Of a stretch of 64,000 bases of DNA, positions 56,159 through 64,000 are shown in pieces (position 1 is the first letter of the stretch; the number at the start of each line of letters is the position of its first letter). The translations under genes were made by a program, and so were the position numbers. The stretch is from Octopus vulgaris. Its lineage: Eukaryota. The DNA is taken from positions 117,428,001-117,492,000 of the forward strand of contig OX597819.1 of NCBI GenBank assembly GCA_951406725.2, read 5' to 3'. The notes under the pieces were generated by a model, which saw only the letters and a list, made by a program, of their open reading frames with translations, was not told the DNA's origin and made no database searches.

Positions 56159-57691
56159 TATATATATGTGGCCATGGGAACGCGAATGGGCCACAACTAT
56201 GCGAACCTGTTCGTTGGCTATGTTGAGGCCCAAATATTCTCTAATTTCACTGGTCCCACTCCTGAACTATATGGTCGTTACATTGACGACATTATCGGTG
56301 CCACCTCACTCTCCCGCGAACATCTAGATTCCTTCCTCTCTTTCGTCCAATCTTTCCATCCAGCCCTCCACTTCACTTCCACTATCTCCAACACCTCTGT
56401 CTCCTTCCTCGACATTTCGGTTAGCATTCTTCACTCCACTCTTACCACCTCCATTCACTACAAACACACAGACTCACACTCATACCTCAACTTCTCTTCC
56501 TCCCACCCAGAACACACCAAGCTTTCCATCCCCTATTTCCAATTCCTCCGTCTACGTAGGCTCTGTAGTGACGACCATGACTTTGAGACTCAGTCTCAAC
56601 GTATGGCTCACCACTTCACCCTACGTGGATACACCCTCACCACTATCCACACCGCCCTTGCCAGAGCACGGTCCGTGGACCGTGTATCTGCTCTCTCTCC
56701 CCGAACCCGCCCTGTAGTCTCCCGCCTCCCTTTTCCCCTCACTTACCACCCCACGACCCTACGTCTCCAACGCACCATTCTTCGAGCTTTCCGTCATCTC
56801 CAGTCCGACCCGTCCACTTCACACCTCTTCCCTAACCGACCCCTCCCCTCTTTCAAACGAGCCCACAACCTTCGAGACCTTTTGGTCCATAGCTCCTTCC
56901 CTGACCCTACCTCCCAACCCGGCTCGTTCCCCTGCTCCCGCCCACGTTGCCGCACTTGCCCTTACCTCTCCAACACCACCCGCCTCACCAGCACCCACCA
57001 TCGACCCTATCCCATCATCCACTCCTTCACCTGCACCTCCAGCAATATTATCTATTGCATCTCTTGCTCTCTCTGCAATTCCTTGTACATCGGACAAACG
57101 GGACGCCGCTTGGCTGACCGGTTCGCGGAACACCTTCGTGACATCCACCTTGCGAACGACACACCGGTCTCACGCCATTTCCGCTCCACCGGTCACTCCT
57201 TGCAACACCTATCTGTGTTCGGTTTGTCCTTACACAGAGGCCATCCGGATTCCCGTTTGCGCCGTGAACAGGAATTAATCTTCTCTCTTCGCTCTTATAC
57301 GCCATTTTGTCTCAACTCTCCCCCTCCTCATCTAACCCTCTCTCCCCCTCCTCACCTATCCTTTCCCCCCGACCCCTACTTCTTCAGTCCTTCATCCTTT
57401 CACCCCTACTCCCCTTCCCTTCTTCCCTCTTTCTCCCTCCCTCCTTCCCTCTTCCCCTTCCCTCTGCTCCCTCACTCCCTCACTCCCCTTCTCTCTCCCC
57501 CTCTTCCTCTTTCCTCCTTCCCCCCTCCTCCCCTTCCTTCTACCCCTCCTCTATCTCCCCCTCCTCTCCTCTTCCCCCTCTCCTCCCCTCCCCTTATCCC
57601 CCTCTCCTCCCCTCCCCTTATCCCCCCTCTCCTCCCCTCCCCCTCTTCTCCTCACTACACCACACGACTTTACACATCACATCGTATATGA
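56156..57691 (+). CDS. Penelope-like reverse transcriptase (C-terminal half) plus GIY-YIG endonuclease; 5'-truncated, with low-complexity read-through after about 57320
   Basis: AMGTRMG.NYANLFVG, RYIDD, FLDI, YK.TDSHSYLNFSSSHP..TK.SIPY.QFLRLRRLCS, Cys linker CSRPRCRTC, then NIIYCISC..C..LYIGQTGR..RFAEH...RE...LN. No stops across about 385 codons. Confidence 0.9.
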   Translation: MYIYVAMGTRMGHNYANLFVGYVEAQIFSNFTGPTPELYGRYIDDIIGATSLSREHLDSFLSFVQSFHPALHFTSTISNTSVSFLDISVSILHSTLTTSIHYKHTDSHSYLNFSSSHPEHTKLSIPYFQFLRLRRLCSDDHDFETQSQRMAHHFTLRGYTLTTIHTALARARSVDRVSALSPRTRPVVSRLPFPLTYHPTTLRLQRTILRAFRHLQSDPSTSHLFPNRPLPSFKRAHNLRDLLVHSSFPDPTSQPGSFPCSRPRCRTCPYLSNTTRLTSTHHRPYPIIHSFTCTSSNIIYCISCSLCNSLYIGQTGRRLADRFAEHLRDIHLANDTPVSRHFRSTGHSLQHLSVFGLSLHRGHPDSRLRREQELIFSLRSYTPFCLNSPPPHLTLSPPPHLSFPPDPYFFSPSSFHPYSPSLLPSFSLPPSLFPFPLLPHSLTPLLSPPLPLSSFPPPPLPSTPPLSPPPLLFPLSSPPLIPLSSPPLIPPLLPSPSSPHYTTRLYTSHRI

Positions 57692-58215
57692 TGTGCCATA
57701 CTAATACATACACCAACTAATACATACTAATACGTACTAATACATACTAATACATACTAATACATACACCAACCCCATACATACGCACGTCCAGACCAAT
57801 CCTACGCACTAATACTCTCTCATACACACACACACACACACACCCTTATACATACTAATACATACACCAACCCTATACATACACACGTCCAGACCCCTCC
57901 TACGCACTATTAGCTGGTCCTTCAACCCTATTATCAACCCTATTATCTCCCCTTATTTCGCTCTAGCGTCTCATGTTTGATCTTTGACCTCTGGCCGAAA
58001 TCAGATCGCCATGTTGATTCGTTAGTTACTGCACGCATTTTTTTCTCTCCTTCTTTCTGTTTTTTTTTTCTCTCTGTGTATCTTTCTGTTGAAGAGCGTA
58101 GGCTCGAAACGTTAAAGACTTGTTTTATTTATATTTCCTGAGCGCCATACTAATACAATTGTTCGTTTGTTTTCCACCTGCCTTCGTCTTTTGTCTATTT
58201 TCATAAAGCTTCCCG

Positions 58216-58218
<3 letters not shown>
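56168..58218 (+). mobile_element. 5'-truncated Penelope-like element (Neptune-type) with 3' pLTR, flanked by (TA)n
   Basis: RT/EN ORF followed by a C/T-rich and tandem-repeat 3' region and a pLTR (58007-58218) that is also found solo at 17131-17342. Confidence 0.92.
58081..58118 (+). ncRNA. Hammerhead-like motif in the PLE pLTR (variant core CUGUUGA)
   Basis: tcttt CTGTTGA a gagc gtag gctc GAAAC GTTA aaga; identical motif in the solo pLTR at 17231-17268. Confidence 0.6.
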
Positions 58219-58269
<51 letters not shown>

Positions 58270-58561
58270 GCGGAGTAGACGAAACAGGGACGACTGAAGT
58301 AGGGGAATATTCCTTGTGTGTATATCTTGTACTCTATTTTTTTCGCTGTTTGAAAAAAGTTCGTTTCCATGTTTTTGTTTTTATGTTTTAGTTTCTCATT
58401 GTGTTCAACGTTCTTTGATGTCCCGTACCCATATATTCATGTATATATACATATAGATGAATGTATGTACATATATGTTTGGTTTGTATATATGCCTATA
58501 TTTATATATTATTTATATTATTATATGATCGAATGCCACGTATCCTTTTCTAAGTAAGTAA

Positions 58562-58610
<49 letters not shown>

Positions 58611-58625
58611 TACATAAATACATAC

Positions 58626-58677
<52 letters not shown>

Positions 58678-58680
<3 letters not shown>

Positions 58681-58984
58681 CGTGATCACCGTAACCGACC
58701 AGGCTATCAGATGTTGCTACACATCGCTGGTCAGAATGTGCTTCGCGTTTTAGCCTTCAAATGACGCCACGCCGCTGGTTAAGCGAGCGGGCCAACAGAA
58801 GAAAGAGTGAGAGAAAGTTGTGGCTAAAGAGTACGGCAGGGATCGCCCACCCACCCGTCGCAGTCTCGTGGAGCTTTAGGTATCTTCGCTCAAGAAAAAC
58901 TCGCAACGCCCGTCTGGCAATCGAAACCGCGATCCTATAACCGCGAGTCCGCTGCCCTAATCACTGGGACATTGCGCCTCCACA
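58678..58984 (-). mobile_element. SINE family C with RTE-like tail (type 3)
   Basis: Family C head and body; the tail resembles the 3' end of the RTE fragment at 62660. Confidence 0.82.
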
Positions 58985-59723
58985 CACACACACATATATG
59001 TGTGTGTGTGTGTGTGTCTGAGTATATGTATGTGTATGTGTGATAGTTTGTATATACGTGCAATAGATTTGCATATATGTATATGTATACATACACCGCA
59101 GAGATACGTATATATGTTTGTATATATGGTTACATTAACCAGTTCTCCCTGACAGTGAATATATGTCTTTTGTTGCTATATTCCTGTTTGTCTTTCGATA
59201 CACGATAAACGTCTGTGCACTACTTCATGAAGAATACTCTAATTCCCTTTGCTTCTTTACAATTTGCATATTAATTTATTAATTTTCCTATAAATTCCGA
59301 AATAAGTCGTATAACACGTACGTATTTATTGGAAGTGATTGCTAAAATTGCGTTAGTGCTTTTGTTCCTCGATGATCAAACTATAAACGTAATGTATCTC
59401 GCATTTAAAGCCGTTATGATAAAGTATTTACTCGTCTAAGAAAAGTAACCTTAAGACACAAAGTAGGCTAGATATGAAACCACTCATGAATTAGTTATAC
59501 CACTGCAAAAAAGATTAACTAACACAACCAAAATACGAAGTCCCTTGTGTATGCTTTGTGTAATGCAACTGTTTTAAATGTGTTGCTTTTGGAAGACGTT
59601 TCATGTACGGCAAATAATCCTCGAATATTTTACACAGTCACACTGATATAGCGCCAATAAAGTTAAATGGTAACAGTGTCTTCATATTGCTATTATATTT
59701 ATCTTTTGAGGGTAGCAGCGTGC

Positions 59724-59925
59724 AGGCGGCGAGCAGGCTGAAACCAACTGGGCAAAATACTTAGCAGTATTTCGTCTTTACGTTCTGATTTCAAATTCCA
59801 CCGAGGTCGACATTCCTTTTCATCTTTTCAGGATCGATTAAGATAAGTGCCGGTTGAGCACTGTGGTCGACATACTTGATTTGCTTCCTTTCCTGAACTT
59901 GCAACTCGTGTGCCAAATTTTGAAT
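59724..59925 (+). mobile_element. SINE family B-related, degenerate
   Basis: ggcggcgagc...ttcaaattccaccgaggtcgac...catcttttcaggatcgat. Confidence 0.7.
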
Positions 59926-61511
59926 CAGCACTTTATCCTTTTGTGTCGGGTACCATTGTAATTTGTACCCTTATACAATTGTAGCATTGCACATTTTTAC
60001 TATTGTATCTTTGTACCATTTGCACTTTTGCACCTCGGGCATTTCCCGCCCGAAAGCGTATCAAATATGGTGAACAAGAGGTTATTTTGTAAAATACTAT
60101 CTCCAAAATACAGAACGTAATTGCGGTCGATGTACAAAATATTGCTTGAAATACAGTAATTATGCCAAATTGCAATCAATACACCTGAATACCTAATTTA
60201 TTTCCCTTATGAAAAGGATAAATATTACACAGATGAAAGTCCTCGTGGCTTAGAAAAGTACACGGCAAAGAAAAACTTGAACATGTACTATACACGTCCA
60301 TATATATGGACGTGCATAGTACATAATTACACATTCTCCTCAAATATTAATATTTACAGAACCCTAATATTATAAATTGAGCATAGGTTTAGAAGTTTAT
60401 ATGTCAGTTTCAAAGCGCAACATGTGTTGACAGGTGACCCCATAAGCCAATCTTTTACCTCTTCGCATTAGTTAATATAACGGCCTTAAACAACAATTAT
60501 AGAGTAAAACGTAAATTTATGAGGGTTAAGCTTATTAGTTTCATATATATAGCATTAGATACAGCCCACATATTTATGGCTACCGTTATTACTGCTACTA
60601 ATGTTAGTAGATATTACAATGGTCATAAATAAAATATTCCAATATTTTAGTGGTGTGTCAATATACGACTAATTAAACTTTGGATAGTCCTCGAGCAATG
60701 ACTGCAAAATACTAATTACTATGAAACTGTAATAATTTCCGAAAACTGATATCTTCAGCTACCATCACCACAGACTATAACACTATTTTTTATGTTTAAT
60801 ATTTTGTTTTGTTATGAAATTTACAATTTTCTTTTCCTTGGCTCTTCTTAAAGACATATGTTGTTGATTTCTGTTTATTTTATTTTTATTTTTGTATTAT
60901 GAATCCTACTTAAAGTGACATTTACTTTAGTATATTACTTTTTTTATATGAGAATAAAAAAAAATCAATAATATGCTATCAGGATATGTATTTGGTTTGC
61001 AGAGACCGATTTCGGTGAGAAAAATATAATTAACCGAAACCAAACAAGCTGTCACAAATCTGACCTTTTATTAGGAAAGATTAACTTTGGAGATAACTTA
61101 ATGAGATATCAGATAAAGTGAGAAGAAAAAAGCAACCGTAGTGCATGTGGAGTAAACAGTAAACAAAACCATATTGATAATGGATTATGACACATATTAT
61201 TTTTCTTTTACCTTTTTACAATTTCCCGTTGCAATCAATATACTGATGTGTACTTAATCGACCATGAGCACTTACAAACATTGACTGCAAGTTTTGTCAC
61301 AAATACCAATGAATATCAGATTATTAAGGAATGTACCGTGCAACGCAACCGAAAATTTACTCACTAATATTCTACTATTCAGCTGTAATGAGAGCAAAAT
61401 TATATATTGGGCCTATGGATCTAAAGATAACAAAATTACGCAGGCAATAAAATGTCGTACGGGTACGTTCTGCACATTTTTCATACATTATATTCACTTC
61501 CTTTTTTCGAA

Positions 61512-61743
61512 TGGCGGCTAGCTGGCAGAATGGTTAGCACGCCGGGCAAAATGCGTAGCCGCAATTTCGTCTGTCGTTACGTTCTGAGTTCAAATTCCTC
61601 CGAGGTCGACTTTACCTTTCATCCTTTCGGGGTCGATAATTTAAGTACCAGTTACGCACTGTGGTTGATATAATCGACTTAATCCGTTTGTCTGTCTTTG
61701 TTTGTCCCCTCTATATTTAGCCCCTTGTGGGTAATAAAGAAAC
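61512..61743 (+). mobile_element. SINE family B
   Basis: Matches family B; imperfect TSD atattc(a/t)ctt(c/t)ctttt. Confidence 0.9.
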
Positions 61744-62659
61744 ATATTCTCTTTCTTTTCGAGGTGAAAGAAGTTACTATAGACGTAAACGTGTCCAGTC
61801 GCATTGCAATTATGAAAATATCAAATTAGCAAATTTCTTACTACATGTCAATTTGAGATTTAGTGTCTTTACTTCAAGATTCTCGGGTATTCTGCTTCTT
61901 AGATTTTTCTGCATACGGACAACCCTAGTGACATTAATGTGTTAATGATTGAATCGGTGTATTTTCAGTTTTTACTGTGGAAAGAAATGGTAGTTCATTT
62001 GTGAAGCTTTATGACCTGCTGTTTGTTTGCGTTATGACCTGCTGTTGTTTTCAGTAGGTGGATGCACCACCAGGTTTTTCTGGTATGTTATGACCTTCCG
62101 GGACACAGTGGGTGCATGTGCCACTGTGATTTCCTTTTTGGGCGTCTGGTGCGTTATGACCCACTGTTTTTTTTTCAAGGTAGGTGGATGCACTGCCAGG
62201 TTTTACATTTATGTACATTACCTTGGCGTGATGAAATAACTTACGTCCGTTTGGGAAGCTATGCTGGATAGGTTCAACCATGCCAGATATATTATTGAGG
62301 GATATATGTTCCAAGAGTTGAGTATTATTATGACTCAGACATATGTTGGGACATCTTAGAAAATTGATATTACAAAGACCCAATAACGAAAACTCTACGG
62401 TATGAATAACAATCTACAAACTTGGGAGTGGTGTCGGGACTTGAGGTAATACATAATATCCAAATACATATCTAAAACGAAACAGGATTTGCATTACTTG
62501 AATGCATTTATCGCTAGGTTCCTCACTCCAAGTTCATCTTGAATAAAGCAACACCAGTGCCGGCATGCTAAACCTTTAAATACCATAATCTATATGTTGA
62601 AGGACATCAAGGTGTAATTCAATATATGTTATTGCAAATATGCTTCAATAACTAGATAT

Positions 62660-63103
62660 CATTTTGATCACCTTGACCGACCAGTCCGTCGGGCGTCCAT
62701 TTGACACCGCCGGTCACAGGACGCTGTCCATTCCTCTCTGAATCGCGCCTTTATCATCCACGTAATCCCAATCGTCCTCCTGAAATCGTAACTCCACCGT
62801 CGTGGAGGCCTTCAGGGTGGTCGTTTCCGCTCGCGCGGGTACTATTCCACGACTGCACAGGTCCACCGATTATCGGTGGGCAAGGCGACGTGTCCAGCCA
62901 ATCTAAACTTGCTGCGTGTACACTCTGCGATGACATCCCTCACGCCGGACTTCTTTCTGATGATCTCACTGCTGATATGCTCTCACAACGAGATACCAAG
63001 CATTGACCTTTCCATGGCCCTTTGAGCCGTTACCAGTCTCTGCTCTTCTCTCTTTGTTGTATCCCATGTTTCACTACCATATAACATTGCAGTACAGTTC
63101 TAC
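62660..63103 (-). mobile_element. RTE-clade LINE, 5'-truncated 3' fragment
   Basis: AMLYGSETW..TKREEQRLVTAQRAMERSMLGISL..HISSEIIRKKSGVRDV...AGHVA..DNRW...PR..KRP..RPP.RW; 14-bp TSD caataactagatat at 62646-62659 and 63104-63117. Confidence 0.92.
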
Positions 63104-63857
63104 CAATAACTAGATATGTTCACATAAATTAGTTTCCCAATAGTTTACTTTCAAAAACTGTACCGGTAACAATTTCTCATGATTATTATTATACATTTAA
63201 TCAATTTTTACTTCGATAGAATATTACTGGAACTGAGCAAAGTAGATTACATAAAACACTGTATCTTAAACGTTAACTATCCTATTATTGCATGCATTTC
63301 CCAGTGTATCCATTGAAAACCATTTGCAAATCGTAGATTTAATGTATCCTAGAGCAAGTATTTTAAAATTTCCCTTTTACATGTTCCTTGTTCCAGCAAA
63401 GGTGAATTTAGTGTAACCTACTGCACTGCAGGATGATATCCATTATAGTTTAAATCTTTAAGTTGTGAATTTCATTTAGCAGATTAAATTTCTATATCTC
63501 TCGAATACACAATGGAGCTATTAATAATGCATTCAGACTTGGTTACACCAATTCACACTTCCATATTTTCACATCTAGCCATTGATGTAAAGTGTATCGC
63601 ATACGTTTTGTATGCTGATGCAGAAAGGTGTTGTGATATACCACGTTATAAGTAATAAGAATGCATACATGGATCATCTATATGTAAGAAGATATCTAAT
63701 ATCATCAAACCAATTCTTCACACAGTCTACTGGAAATATCATAGTAAAATAAATATCTAACAAGTTAAAAGAAATAACATAGTTAAAAGAAATAGAATAA
63801 TTATGTTGCCGACATCTATGCTATTAATCATAAAACGAGAGATGAAAAATTCGCGTG

Positions 63858-63894
<37 letters not shown>

Positions 63895-64000
63895 AGAAAA
63901 ATGGTAAGACAACAAAAGAAAGAAAGAGAACTCGATATTATGTAAATAAAGGAATTTATCTGTGAATGTAATAAGTGATAATTATCCGGTAGCCATGATA

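Noticed and set aside
63120-63800. Possible Polinton/Maverick polymerase relic (KIWKCE-like on the minus strand)
   Set aside because: Only one short motif; neighbouring motifs are absent or in the wrong order.

Overview
AT-rich, microsatellite-dense eukaryotic non-coding DNA. The tRNA-derived SINE families resemble those of octopus (cephalopod), which is an inference from recognition only. I could not support any host protein-coding exon; most long ORFs in the track are microsatellite artefacts. The window is a mosaic of mobile DNA: a young 5'-truncated Penelope-like element (PLE; RT plus GIY-YIG, about 56.2-58.2 kb), a decayed R4/Dong-type retrotransposon, a deleted Gypsy LTR element, CR1-like and RTE LINE 3' ends, mariner relics, MITEs, two non-autonomous Helitrons and more than 25 SINE copies with exchanged modules. 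The most notable structure is a ~4.9 kb non-coding fold-back element (7537-12468) with ~2 kb near-identical inverted arms. Each arm carries a minimal type I hammerhead ribozyme, the left end has an unpaired ~87 bp tail, and the element sits in (TA)n. A 450 bp relative with the same tail and architecture lies at 20.6-21.0 kb, and several other (TA)n-embedded hammerhead-bearing modules occur in the window.
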